64,000 nucleotides of DNA from Takakia lepidozioides. Lineage: Eukaryota; Plantae; Bryophyta. Below, in pieces: positions 24,660 to 38,277 of this stretch; position 1 is the first letter of the stretch, and the number at the start of each line of letters is the position of its first letter. The notes under the pieces are model-generated. The model had not been told where the DNA came from and did not search any database. It saw only the letters and a list, made by a program, of their open reading frames with translations. Location: contig CM060734.1 of NCBI GenBank assembly GCA_030704615.1, positions 37,758,001 to 37,822,000 of the forward strand, written 5' to 3'. The position numbers were made by a program, and so were the translations under genes.

Positions 24660-27600
24660 AGAGCTGCTATGTATCAGGAGGGTCACTCCCTGAAGGCTTT
24701 TGAACTAAAGAATAGATTGTAACAGCATGGTTGCAGATGTAGGCTTGGCAGTTCACCCTCCGCCCAGAAAGTGCATTCTTCATCATATGGACGGTGAGAG
24801 AAGAGAGTGATATTGGGGACGGACACCTGTGGAAATGGTTGGTTAGGCCAAATTTTGATGTGCTGCAATGCCTGCACTTCGGGAGCCACAAAGAAAGCCT
24901 ACAAGACTTCGAGGAATGACTGGAAATTCCCTTGTAGTGGAGGATGTGGTGGTTGTATGGACCAGAAAGTCTCTTGTTGACCACTAAAGTTTTTATTCTG
25001 TGAGAATTGACCAAGTGTTGTGTGCCAAACTGTGTGTGTAGGAGGAGTACAGCCTGTTGGCCTTCGGTAGAGGATGTTGTCTGCTTCCTACTTGTCTGTG
25101 CATGGTGGAGGTACAAATCCACAAAATAAGTGTGCTTTGGGTACCAAACACTGGAGTGGGAGAATCAAATTTTGAAGCTCTCGAGAGAAACAGAAAGTAG
25201 GAGGGAAGAAACACAGCAGGGGATAAAATTTGGGATAGGCGGTCAAAATGACGGGCTAAGAAGGGATCGGTGTTGGATAAGGCGCTACCTACAAATATAT
25301 CAGCATAGAATCCATACAAAGGAACAACTGAAGCGGCAAGGACGGAGCTAAAGAGATCACCTGGAGATGGGATGTCTGGGACCCTTAACTCTCGTGCGCA
25401 GTTGATTGTAACACCACCTAATCTTGCTCACCATCGTCAACTCCTACACGTTCTTTAAGCATCCGGTCTTCCTAATTGCTGTAACATGATTTGCCGATGC
25501 TCCTATAACCCGTTTCGTAAGTAAAGACAATTAGGCCCCCTTTTTGCATCCCCATGGACATCCTCTGTTCCTCGCAAGATCCAGTATGATACTGATCCTT
25601 CCAAAAGAATTAGGAATGACTAGCACATTGCTTGAATCGCAAAGCCCATTCCCTAATGAAGCCAAAGGAGTTTGCAAGACTGAGATCTTCATAGATAGTC
25701 ACTCCAGGCATGTGTATCAAAAGCTCTCCAGTTTTTTATGAGCCACTTACTCAATGAGACCAGTGATTACACATGCCCAGGCTAATAACCTCATGGAATT
25801 TTACAGGGTCCGAAATCGGCTCTGAATTCTATATCCCAGGGGGTTTGGTTGAGTGGTGAATTTGATTTGCTTGTTAAACCGCACCCCTCTATCTCTGCCC
25901 TCTTCAAGGCTGCCTATCCCGGCCCACTGAATGGAACCGTCCTACACTTCTGGGACAGCTCCAGTACAGAGCAAGCTCTGGGGTGGATGACCCACGACTG
26001 CACAGAGGGCAGCCCAAATGGGTAAAAGCATGGACAGGGGCGGGCGGATGTGCAGGAAGGTGAGGGTAAGGTGGGCGTCATCACGCAAAAGCAATGCCAG
26101 ATAGCAATAGCAGGTGGTGGGCGTTACCGCCTCATTAATTACTGGCCATAATAAGCGATGGAGGGGCACAAACCGCCGCAGCACAGCCTTGTTGTGGTAC
26201 ACAGTCTCCAACTGGATTCCCACTACTGCCTCCTGCTCCACCCCACACCTTTGCCACTGGATGAAGACGAGTAACCCAAGCACCAGCATCCATTGCAAAC
26301 TATCTAGTTACTGGACCAGGAAAAAGTGAAGAGATTGTACTCAAAAGACGCTGTTTGCCGTAGCCTTGTGGCCATTGACCCCGCGCCCAGTTTGAGCGGG
26401 AACAAAAGGGACAGAATCTACGGGCTGACGTTGGTAGTAAGACTTACCTCCATATAAGGAATTAATCCGGGTTTTCCAGATATCCTCTAGAAATCCCTTC
26501 ACACAACTGCTGTGTGTGATTTGCCCAAAAACTAGGCCTCAGGAGGGCCTGGGCTTTTGGCTCAGCCTCGAGACTTTCAAAGTTGGTAAACAGGGGTACA
26601 GGCACAATTCCCTTAATAGATTTGAAGAGAGCGTCTCTTTGGTGAGAGAACCCCGGACAGTGTATCAGAAAACGAATACTGTCTTCAGATTGCCCACACA
26701 ACGGGCAATTGCACTCTCCCTTTCCTCTCTGCTTCTGTTTGCTGTTCAAAGGTAGGCTTCCTGCCCTGAGTTTAAATTTCAGTCTAGTGCCGAGAGTGGG
26801 TAGACCCTTGAGGTCATCCAAGCTGTCCTCCCCCATGTCACAGACTGGAAACAAGTTCACGGAAGTTTTCTGCCTAACTTCATTTTCATCAGACAATCTC
26901 ATGGCAACAGACATGGCTGAGGACACTACAGCCTCTAAGTCAGATTTATCCAGCAGGGTCAAGACTTGCGGATCCAGGTCCAGGTCCTTGAGGATCTCTT
27001 CTACTCTCTTCTGCCAGGACTTAGCCTGTTTGACACGGCGGTCCTGTTTCCAAGATATAGAGTCGATTAACTTAGGATATCTGGTGTTGGGCATATGTTG
27101 CAGCTGACCCCACCATCTGACCTTGAGTTCATCTCGTCGGGAGCTTAAGGACGGAATGCCAAACTCACCCCGAACAGCCACATTGGCTGTTTTGGAGCAT
27201 GCTGACATACACTCCTTAAGTACCCCCACTTGAATGGATTCTAGAGACTTAGCCTGGTTGGAGTTATCAACCCATATAGCAGATCCGTACTCCAAGGCAG
27301 GTCTAATAACGCGACAAAGCATGGTTTTCTTAACCTCAGAGTTGACCCCTCTGCAGTGGAAAAATTTAGTGAGCCCCAGAGCTTTGCCCTTGCCAGTTTG
27401 AACAACTTTCCGGATATGTGCATCCCAATTACAATTGGAAGAGAACTCAACGCCCAGGTAAGTGTAGGAAGGGAGGACCGGATCTCTTGGCTACCCCACT
27501 GCCACTTAAGATCACTTCCTCCCTCTCCTCTGTCGTTGAATGCTACCACTGCACATTTGTTGACTCTAGCCCCCAAAGATCAAAGTATCTCTTCGCGCAA

Positions 27601-28130
27601 TCAATCAACTCCTGGAGATTGGTTGGAGTCTCCCCTATGCCTGCGAAGTCATCCGCAAACATAAGGGCTGGTATGGTGGTATCACCCACCCTTAACCCAA
27701 ATCCCTCACTTTCCACATCCTCGAGGAGTTGATTGATGAAAACATTGAAGAGCAGAGGGGAGAGAGTACATCCTTGAGCTACACCTTGGTCTATGTCAAA
27801 GAAGTTGGACTTCTGTCCGTTAACAGTGACACAGCTTTTGGTGTGACCATACAAGTTGTGGACAACTCTCCACATCTTTCCCTTGATCCCACAAGACCAG
27901 AGGCGGAACCATAGGCCATCTCTCCACACTGTGTCATAAGTGAAGAGAGCCCAAGAACAAGCAAGCCAGGATAAAGATACCCAATTGCATGCGGCTATCC
28001 AGGCCCCTCTGCTTCACAATCATGCGGTGAGTGTGTAGAAGAGGAAACCCATGTTCCTCCTGCCGCTCACACACACAACGATAGCACGGGTGGTTTGGTG
28101 GAGACTCCTGTGTTCCCTGCTCTCGCATCT
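24660..28130 (-). pseudogene. Possible degenerate type II membrane protein gene interrupted by LINE copy 2
   Basis: Removing the LINE and one TSD restores KQRGLDSRMQLGIFILACLFLGSLHFFLVQ (anchor-like). Downstream sequence looks coding but is full of stops; family not recognised. Confidence 0.3.
26335..27937 (-). mobile_element. LINE copy 2, 5'-truncated, with 11-bp TSD
   Basis: Near-identical to 16520-18107; TSD AAGTGAAGAGA at 26324-26334 and 27938-27948; GVAQGCTLSPLLF and LMFADD present. Confidence 0.95.
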
Positions 28131-28264
28131 CGCTGTGCCTACATCTGATCTGCCATTGGGGGTTGTTAGGAATTTGCGGGCACATCATAGCTTCATAAAA
28201 GTCAGAAAACAAAGAGATAACGTGTCAGGGAATAGTTGGAAAGGCATCTTCACATTTGCAGACT

Positions 28265-29241
28265 TGAATATTGCGAGATTATATGATGGAGATTGGCCTT
28301 AAACTCAGGAATAGGTACATGCTGCCGCTGGCTGCGTGCGTCAGGTAGTGCTGCATCATTTGCACCAAAAAACACCGTTACCAATTTTGGGGCCTCTGAT
28401 GTCTGTTTCCCATCCCATTCCCATCCCACCAAGCCAAGCAAACCCTTCAGCAATTGGAAACCACTTTCAGTTGCATTGTCAATACAATGGATTGTACGGA
28501 GCATTTCTGAGAGAAGAAAGATCTCCGCGCCTGTTCGGTCTGCAGATTCATTATCTCTAATCTAAACCTTCCAGAACCCAGCAATAGCTACGTAGAAACC
28601 TATCAAGACTGAAGCCCCATGACATTAACCCACGGGATGACTTTCTTGACTTTCCATATGCGTGAATAGCCAAGGGGGACATGCACAGAGCAATCCCTTG
28701 CCTCATCATGACGGGGTATCCGGGGAAAGCAACACTACCTTCGGAAATATTTTATCCAGTAGAAAGAGTGCACGTCGCGTGTTGTACCCACTATATCCTC
28801 GCAACACCACATCTGCCTGCACTCCAGGACACGCTTGCTCTGCATGCCCTCTTGAGAGAGAGATTTTTGAGCATACCCTTTTCTAAGACATCAATCTTCG
28901 TGACTAATTTTATTGAAGCGGGTCCGGGGGTATAATGAAATCTAAAACCTTCAAATCATCCAAAGGCAACTATCAAATAAGAAACGGCAATGCGCCACAA
29001 GCATCCTCGGTGTTCAGCATTACTGACGACTGAACATTCGATGCGATTCTCGTAGTGGGTCTTTGCAAAGTTGTGTTACAGAAACCAAGCAGAGGACAGG
29101 GTTGTAAAACTATGTGCCGGATGGAGGAAACAGGAAAGGGAGGAGTAAACACCTTCCTGGCATAGCGGTCAGCGAGACCAGCTCCCCACCCTCCAGGCCG
29201 AGAGGACCGCTGAGTGATGGAATCGCCAATTCGGGGCGCAT
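28265..29241 (-). pseudogene. GDSL/SGNH esterase (IAH1-like), frameshifted in exon 1; 3' exons not found
   Basis: MRP..(frameshift)GDSITQ..GGWGAGLADRYARK (29153-29241), ADVVLRGYSGYNTRRALFLLDKIFPK (28739-28816), PKLVTVFFGANDAALP..QHVPIPEFKANL (~28265-28402). Confidence 0.85.
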
Positions 29242-29574
29242 GCTGAGACGCTATACAAGAAAAACAGACACGCCATCCATCGGACGTGCTCCGCTGGACG
29301 TCGACGAAGGCACTACTATAATCAGAGGGCGCCGTCTGTTAGACGTCGATCGCCGTGCAAAAAAACTTTTCTCGTCTCCTTTCCTTCATCTCAATCGTCA
29401 GAAGTCGTGTCGCTGAGGTTTGTGGGCACAGATGCTGGCGCTGGGAGTGCAACAAGGGTGATTTACACTTCAATATTCGTCTCAGTCAATGCCTCTCTTT
29501 CCTCCGTTTGCACTGTGTTGGTTTGGTGGAGTTGCCATCCCTGTTGCTTCCAGCCAGGAACCGATTGATGAAAC

Positions 29575-32500
29575 ATGTCGTCAGTGTACGTTCTCGAGCC
29601 ACCCACGAAAGGCAAGGTGCTCTTCAACACTACGCGCGGTCCTCTCGACATCGAGTTGTGGCCCAAAGAGGCCCCTAAAGCTGTATGATGCGCTCCATCT
29701 TTCTTTCTTTCACCTGGGGAGTGTTTTGTTTTCAGAAGCTTCGTGGAGTATTGAAATAGCTTTGGAAAGTATACCGCTTTTTGTCTTTCTGATGGTTTGC
29801 CAGAGACAATTCAGTCGAATGTTCAGGGGGGGCCCAGATTTTTCCTTTCATTGTCATCGATGTCCGTTGTTGACCAGGAAGTCGCGACAGAGAGCTGCCG
29901 CTTACTGACTGATGAGTTCGGTGAAAGCAGACAATCGAGTTCTGTATTATGCTATCACTCGTCAAACATGTGTTGGTCAGGGTTTACCTTTTGATTCCAA
30001 AATTTTCTAGCCGGAATCATGTGGGCGAAGGTGCCTTGGGTTCTACAGCTAACAGAGTCTTTCCTTCAGAATGATCCTCAGCGGTAGGCTGAGCAACACC
30101 AGGAGAGAAGGGGTAGAGGGGAAGTGGAGGAGTTGGGGTTACAGATCCATTATTAGCAATATGTTTAGGTGGGGGACTGGAAGCCTTCTTCCACCACAGG
30201 TCTCAGGTTCCTACATTTGTCACCAATTGCCTGGAGGTGATTTTTGTGCTTTGTTTTGTAATGATTTGATTTGATTGCTTACATTGGCAAAGCCTTGGGT
30301 GGTGGACGATCAGGTGCGCAATTTTGTGCAGCTTTGCTTAGATGGCTACTACAATGCCACCATATTCCACCGTATCGTGAAGACCTTCATGATACAAGGG
30401 GGTGACCCAACAGGAACTGGAACAGGCATGAAAATTTTCCTACCTTTCATTGCAATGTTGGTGCCTAAATTTCTAAATTATGAATATCAAGCAAACTTGC
30501 AGCAGTGATGAATGAAATGTTCACACTTTCCAAAAGAAGCGTTTGTCTTGACAATTTGGTTGGGGTTTTTAGGATCACTATCTGATATCGTGCTTTTCTT
30601 ACAAGGAAGAGATCTGACCTTGGAAGCTTTCCGGTTGATTAATCTGTTCTTGGTAAATACAACCAGGTGGGGATACCATATATGGAGGACCATTTCCTGA
30701 TGAGTTTCACTCTCGACTACGATTCAATCACAGGGGTCTGGTGGCCTGTGCCAATGCTGGGTCCCCTAATTCAAACAATAGTCAGTTCTTTATCACCTTG
30801 GACCGCTGCGATTGGCTTGATAAAAAGAGTACCATATTTGGAAAGGTATGAAGATCATTTTACACCTTGGGATGTCTTGTGTTAGACTCTTTTACCTTGC
30901 TCACTAAGCACTTTCAGCACTTATGTGTATGTTCCACGAGCTGCAGCATTTGTAGGCATTTCCCTCTTCTTTGCACTGCCCTGCCATTGGAGCAGACACG
31001 TGTCTAAGTAACCTTGCTGGATACATGATTGTTACTTCCTAGCGCTTCTGAAATTTTATGAAAGTGTTGCATTGTAATGATGAGTAGTAGTAGCTCATGC
31101 ATGCATATGTGGGATATGCCTATGCCTGGTTCAGATCCATTGTGAATGGGCTGCCTCTTTCTATCTCAGATTACTGGAGAAACTGTATACAATCTGATCA
31201 AACTCGGGGAGCTTCAAACTGACAAGGATGAGCGTCCCATTGATCCACCAAAGATTCTATCTGTGGAGGTGGGCTTTATTACACTTTGTAATAGAATAAC
31301 CACTGTAGGATCCTCTTAGGAAGGAAAGTCTTTGGCCTAGTATCTGCGTGGCCTTCAGATCCCCTGTATATGTGGCTGCTTAAGCCTTTTTCGATGCTTG
31401 ACAGAAAGCGAAGTAATTGTTGTGTTGGTGGCCACACAAATCACCAAGCCGCCTTAAATGGGTTCAATTTCTTTCAAAGGCTAGTCTGTAGGGAGTGTCC
31501 ATTTCTTTTTTCCCCTATGAAAGGTGTTGGGAAGGGTTATATGGTTTACATGTGGCAGCATCAATTCTCAATCCACAATCTTTTCATGTTTTGAAAACGA
31601 ACATAGGCTGGGCTGCATGGATAGATGGTGTTTTGACAGTGATGTCACGTGGATGATGATTTCAGGTGCTCTGGAATCCTTTTGATGATGTTTTCCCTAA
31701 GAATATCTCCAAACAACCAGAAGTTCCTGCAACTCTAGTTTTGGATCCTCAACAGCTAAAGGCGGCCAAACCCAAGAAGTGAGTGGTACATCACTGAGAT
31801 GGGGATGGGAGTTTTATCTAAGGATAATTAATTATTGTTGTGGACAATATTGGACTCAATGCGTCTCAATGAGATGTTGAATGAAAGACGCTCAAAAGTA
31901 ACTGAAGATCCCAGTAAATTAAAAAATGAGCATGATCAATCTTTTCAAAACCCGATGGTTGGAGTGTGCCGTAGGAAGCTGAACCTGCTGTCATTCGGGG
32001 AGGAGGTGGAAGAGGAGGAGCAGGCACTTACCAGTGTCAAAGATAAAATCAAGAGCAGCCACGATGTGCTCAATGACCCACGGCTGCTGAGGGCCGCCTC
32101 AGACCCTGCTGAATTGGTAAGGCCGCAAAGATGATTTACAGAAGACCTAAGTGAGCTCTTTGCACTAAGCTTTTGAAGTGGGATTGCATCTGTTGTCATA
32201 AAATTGGGTCATTGCTGCGCTTGTCAGGACCCGCTTGAGGTGCGCAGGCGTAAAGATATCCAGACATCAGTGCGGCAAGCACTAGTTGTAGGCAAGAATA
32301 GTGAGTCTGATGAACCAAAGCAGAATCTCACGGGCTCTAGTGATGAAGACGAAGAAGATTTTGATGCACGGATGCGGAAGCAAGTTATGGATAAAAAGTT
32401 GCGCCTGACTCACTCCAAACCTGCTGGTGTCAAAGACGCTATACCAGGTATTCGTTACTTCAAAGGTTTTAATCTAGGTGCATGAGTGTGTCCTTTTGGC

Positions 32501-34127
32501 TGTAGCTTGAATGGGTCTGCTTCAATTGAAAGTGGCCAGTTGACAATTGCATGGTACTTGCAAGTAGCTGTGTGACCAGACTAAGCTCATCAATTCTACT
32601 GCCTGATTGAAGTTGCAAGGGCTTATTGGGACTGCCTGGGAAGCAAGACTCTCTTCTTGACTCTAGGTGCTGAATGCCTACAAGCTACCCATATGGAAGG
32701 TGTGAAAGAGTTGGAGGCATGTATTGGATGGATGGATGCAGGCAAACAGGGTAAACCGAGTGCCAAAGTTATCCCACCATCAAGGTACACATGTAGTCAT
32801 GATTTACCAACCAGACTGATGAAACTTGGGTGGCTCATCATCTAGGAATTACGTAGCACAGACCCTTAGAAGTCAACTTCTAGGCACGATGGTAATGGTG
32901 AAACAGGTGGAGTCTGCCTGGCCTACACTGTTGTTTTGGTGCTGATGTTGTATGTATCCAAGTTATTTTCTCTAGTCACCTTCAGAAGGCTCTATTTACC
33001 AGTAATAGTCTCACACCTATCTTGTATTTCTGGTATCAATGTTTTTGCTTGTTTGTTCCTGGTTATAGCACTTTTATTGCTATGCAATCTGAAAAAGCAA
33101 GTGGGGTCTCTGTCCATTTGGGGATAGGACGGCAGCTGACGATGAATCAGACGAGGAGAGAGAAGGGAGAAAAGAGAAACTCAGCTTGAGAAAGAAAGGG
33201 CTGGGGTCTGAAGCCCGAGCTGCCCTGGCCTCCAATGTTGATGCAGACGTACAGCTGATGACTCCACATCAACAACAGCTTCAAAAGTACAAACAGCGAA
33301 AGCGAAGTCTGCAGGGCCGTGAAGCAGCGGTAAGGGTGGATAAGTGGGGGATAGAAACTGTTAAGGTCGGACTTGTATGGAGTTTTTCTTTCAGCTACTT
33401 AGTTTTAATAGTCTGGTCTTGTTTCCTGCATTACTAGAGAGATATTCTACTACGACTTATTACATGAGAAAATGTACAAAGGGAAGTGCTTGAATTTGTC
33501 TCAACATGTTTTACATGGTTTTTTTATCACAGACATTGGCCAAGCTGGAGCAGTTTAAGAAGAAAGTGGGGCAAGCCAAACTGGAAAATAATGCAAAAGT
33601 TGACAAACAGGATGACAGCAGTTGGATGACTCATGAGTTGAAATTTGAAGTGGACCTGACAAAAAGGGTATGTTTCTCTATCTACTTAGCTGCCCTCACA
33701 TAGGTGGGGTGCTTATTGGTCCATCTGTATAATGTCTCTTTGTAGTTTGCGATTAAAGTTGTCCAGGCAACCATTTTGGTACTATGAGAAATGTGAATGG
33801 AGGTGGAGATATATCTTAAATGACGGAATATCCTTTGATCCAGAATCATTTGTGAATGTCTTTGGAGGGTTCCTAAGAGTCCCTTATACGAAGGATAATT
33901 GGATGACTTAGTTCATAGACCCTGCCCTTTGGGCCCAAAGAAACAAAGGAAAAGTAGGTACTGACTGATGGAACTCTGGTCTGCAGGATGATATGGCAAA
34001 GAATGATGACCCAAATCAGTATGTGGTACATGACCCACTCCTAGAGAAGGGCAAAGAGAAGTTCAATAGAGAGCAGGCCAAATTGAAGCGCCGTGGCCGT
34101 GAGTGGGCTGGCAAATCACTTACGTAA
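29575..34127 (+). CDS. CYP57: Spliceosome-associated cyclophilin CYP57/CWC27, 11 exons: 29575-29682, 30314-30425, 30667-30845, 31170-31268, 31666-31778, 31975-32116, 32228-32447, 32742-32784, 33128-33329, 33533-33667, 33987-34127
   Basis: [73 protein letters not shown] and [25 protein letters not shown]; exon phases are consistent. Confidence 0.93.
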
Positions 34128-35364
34128 TACGAACTGTAAAAGAAGGCTGCCACATTGCTTTTGGGCGAAATTAAGGCAAACTGCATCAGATAATTACTGG
34201 CAGGTTAGGCATTTACCTCTCTGGCAACATGTCCACTCGTTTCCATCTCGGAACCGCTGTCACATCAGTAGTTATTTTCAAGATATGTTTGCTGCTTGTC
34301 TAATTGAGTACATTTTAGCACATTTCTGGAGCCAGTCCAGCTCTGTATTTTAGAACTAAAAGTAGCAAGAAAACCAATAGGCATCAGTCCAGTTTACTGT
34401 GGGAAGGTAGACTGAGGACAAGTACTATCCCACACCAAACGTCTAGCTTCACTTATTGCTCTGATGATTTTACTCGGGTACACTGCCTGGCTCATTTGAT
34501 GTACAGGAGCATCCTTGCTGTCAGTCTGGGAAAGTCTTCTTTCCAAAGATGGAGATCAGATAAACGAGGTGTCTGAAGCAGAAAAGGAAATAGCAGAAGC
34601 CATCTCTCTCCCTCTCTCCCTCTTCAGAGCAGATGCACTCACATTTGCTCACCATGAGTAAATTTTGGTACATTTGCATTGGGTGGGAACCAGCGGGTGC
34701 AAAGGAATGCATTTAGAATTTACTTATGTGAAATGTCAAAACTACAATATGTACTTTGAGTTTGTAATCATATATACTAGGGGTAAAATTAGTATGTAAA
34801 ACTTTAGTTTTGAGATTTACATCTTGTCGAAAAGTTTACTGGTGTCAACTGCATTGCTGGGTGGTTGCATTCGGGATGGGGATTTGCAAACAGCCCGCGC
34901 CACAATATGTGTAGAATCTGTTTGTCCAGCCCGCATTTTACCGCAATCTAGGTTTTAGGGTGGTAGGCACTTCGGTAGATGGCCAGGTTGCTAATTTGCA
35001 GTAAAAATGCTTGTGTGCTCTCTTCATTTGTCTTACACTTTATGTGCTGACTAGATACATTGTATAGATGGTGTATGTCATATGATACACTGAAAGACTA
35101 TTCTTCTTGAGGTAGGATATGGTCCACACCACCCAAAATCTCACAAGCATAGTGAAGATGGTGTAGGCACTTTTGCAGTGTCAGATCAGCATCACTAACT
35201 TACTCCTTCGATGTGCATAGCGGGCCGACCTGGACATCAAAACAGGTAATCCTCCCTCAGATAGAACGACAAGAGAACCATGGAAAACCAGAACACATAT
35301 TGGTATGAAACCTGTATTCAAAGTTGAAGAAAACTTCAATTTGACATCTGCGCTTGGCCATTAC

Positions 35365-35645
35365 TTTCTGTTGGAAGTGTGTGGCGGCACTCATACTCTA
35401 CTGCAGGGGTAGTATTGTTGGCGTGGTATGCACACAGAGGTGCAACGGTTCGTGGCTAGGTGCATGGTGTGTAACAGGGTGCGTGCTTCATTCAACGCCT
35501 CTACACCCCAATTGCATCCTCTTCCGATCATGGGATTGGGCTACAAATGGAGTCTTGATTTCACAGGACCGTTACCACTGACGATGCGCCACCACAGATA
35601 TGAGTTGGTGATGGTGGAGCACTTCTCCAAGTGGATTGAGTCCAA
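35365..35645 (+). mobile_element. Gypsy integrase fragment, same family as 41430-41690
   Basis: MHTEVQRFVARCMVCNRVRASFNA..LHPLPIMGLGYKWSLDFTGPLP closely parallels ORF 41475-41744. Confidence 0.88.
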
Positions 35646-38277
35646 CAAAACCGGCCGTGTATTGTGGCATTATTTGTAACTACGAATGTTTCAATGTTTT
35701 TGACAGGGTACTGAAAAAATGATATATTGGATCCATAGGAGTTAGACAACAAACGTTCCATATCTCATTCAACTGTGCGACACTACCATGAGTGACATGG
35801 ATTAAAAAATAATAGGTGTACATGCGACTTCCGCACGTTTAAGTAGAGATCGCGTATCAAACGTTCGGAGGTCGTATGTGCACCTATTACTTTCCGATCC
35901 ATGCCTCTCATGGTAGTGTCGCACAGTGCTGGATCACCAACAAACAAGCAAAAATGGATTTCTGAAGTTTGGAGATGAAGAGAACAAGGAGACTATGGAC
36001 TGGCTGAGAAGTGGGCTTTGTCCAAAGAGTTGAAGCACCTCCACATGGGGACATTATTTCACCCTTAGCTGTAAAATCTGCACTCCTAGCCACCTTTCTA
36101 CTCACTTAGGGGTTTTTGGGATAGTTCTTTATGTGATCAATAGGCAAGGTTTTGATGATCATCAAAGGTTGTCCAAGTTCTCAACATCAAGGTTATGAGC
36201 ATACCTGCTAAGTTACAGTAATGACTCTATATTTCAATATGAGATCCAAGGCTTACCCTGATTAACCCCAATTGTTTAAACCAAACCTCATTTACTAGAC
36301 ATAGTATCTTGTGGTATCTGTCTCGTGCAAATTAAAGCAAAATGTTAGATGTAAAGAATTTAACTCCGTGATGCAACTATAGTTCCCTTGAATTTTTTAT
36401 GACTATAAATATTAGTTGGTAGGCACACAATGTCAGGAGATCATTATAAAGGATTGCAAACAATACACAGGAGTTGGAGGGCTTTGTGGAATATATTAGT
36501 CCCACATATTTGGAAGTGAAACTGTAGCACTATCCAACGGCTGCCATAGTTGAGACAAAATATGATCATTGCCACGCTCAAAGCCATGAATTTTGAGCAG
36601 ATGCTGTAACTTTTGTATCCATTGGTACTGTGCGGATACAGCCCAGAGCATGACAGCTTGAAAAAGAGGATTAGTACTTCGAGTTTTATGGCCCTCCCCA
36701 TTTCCAAACGCTAACCTTTGGGACCTGTGGCCGTGTATTGAAGGAAAAAGTGATGATCACAAGAGAGGAATCATCTCAACAGGAAAGCAGCCAGAGTTCC
36801 CACAGATGTTGAACAAACAGTCTTGTTGGGAATCAGGAACTTATTTTGTTGATTGATGTTTGAACAATAGTTTATGGGGGCCAATGGACCACATCCAAGA
36901 ACCCATGGTCAAGACAGTAGAAATTAGAATGGAATCACAGCCTCCACACAACACCACTCCATCTTTACTGGCGTTCTAGGCCTCTTCTGGGACAGAACTT
37001 GCAGTGAGAGAAGAGAGAGAGAGAAGACTCCGGCCAAAGTCGACGTAACTCAGAAGGTGTGTGTCATACTATGTATAGCTTCAGGTATCATCTCAACCAA
37101 CCCTTCCTCTCTCTTTGCTGTTCCGATTGTTGATTCTTGCACGTGTGTACTCAACTGTTGTTGCCCACTGAAGGGTATTCTGGGCCATCCAGCACTTCAA
37201 ATGTGAAGCAATAAACATGATTTGATCAGTGATGTTGGGTAGGGAATGCAGCAAAAGCAGGTGCAACGAGGAGAAGTGTAGAATGGAGTTGCGTACTTGC
37301 CAGAGAGTAGTAAAGTGAAAACTTTGGCAGAAAAATCCATCTTCATCCGGCCAAGCACAAGACTTGACTACCTCCAAATCTGGGCTGCATGGAAACCTTT
37401 CAAATCTATGAAATTTTCCATCCCAATCCTGTTCACACCCTTGCATTAGTTCCTGCAGCAATGGGTTGAGAGGATTACCACAACTAACTTGCCCGTCATG
37501 AATATTTCCAGATTTGCATGCCGATGTGATTGCATTTGTCTATCACTAGTTCGTACTGTATCCATGGGCCCTCTGGGCTGCTGTTGACGTCATATCTTCT
37601 CTTCTTCTGTATGACTGGCAGAGGGACGCAGGCCTTCGGAATCAGACATGATTAAATTGAACTGAACAAGATCACGAAGCTGCTAAGACATAGAGAGAAA
37701 ACCTTCATGTGATCAGACCTTATATTTGAGGACATTTTGCCCAAGGGTAAGGCTGATGAAATTATGTTAAGGACTGGAGATTCAAAGTGTTTCCATCTCC
37801 ACAGCCACTCCAAACCTCAGGGTAATAAAAATGGTTCAAACCTGTATAAAACCTACCTTCATCTAAGTTCAGATGAACCCTGATTTTCCCAATCATACCT
37901 GCATGCAATCCTGTGCTGAGAACACAACACGAAAATGTCCCTGCGATACACACAACAGAAAGAGACAGAGGGAGACAGACAAGCACAGGTGTTGACAGAA
38001 ACATCTGCGGCTTGGTTAGCATTCACACCTTCCACACCATAGGAAGGATTTACATCCCCGTGCACCCAATACCATGACCTGGCAGAAACCATGACTGGCT
38101 TGATGATGACTAGAAAGAGTGACTGCTACATTGCTGGGGAGAGCCAACACAAAATTTAATGTTGCAAGAGGATTACATGCCCACTTGCGGTAAGACAACC
38201 TTTGTAGAGGAACTTGAATAAGAATGCTGTGTGGCCTCAGAATCTGAAATACAGATGCTTCTTCACATCAAACAACT

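Noticed and set aside
32846-32906. Extra CYP57 exon
   Set aside because: Its phase is incompatible; 32784 joins 33128 in frame without it.
36400-38200. Possible gene downstream of RPL18 (ORFs 37093-37461 and 37859-38092)
   Set aside because: No recognisable domain or coherent exon chain could be built by eye.
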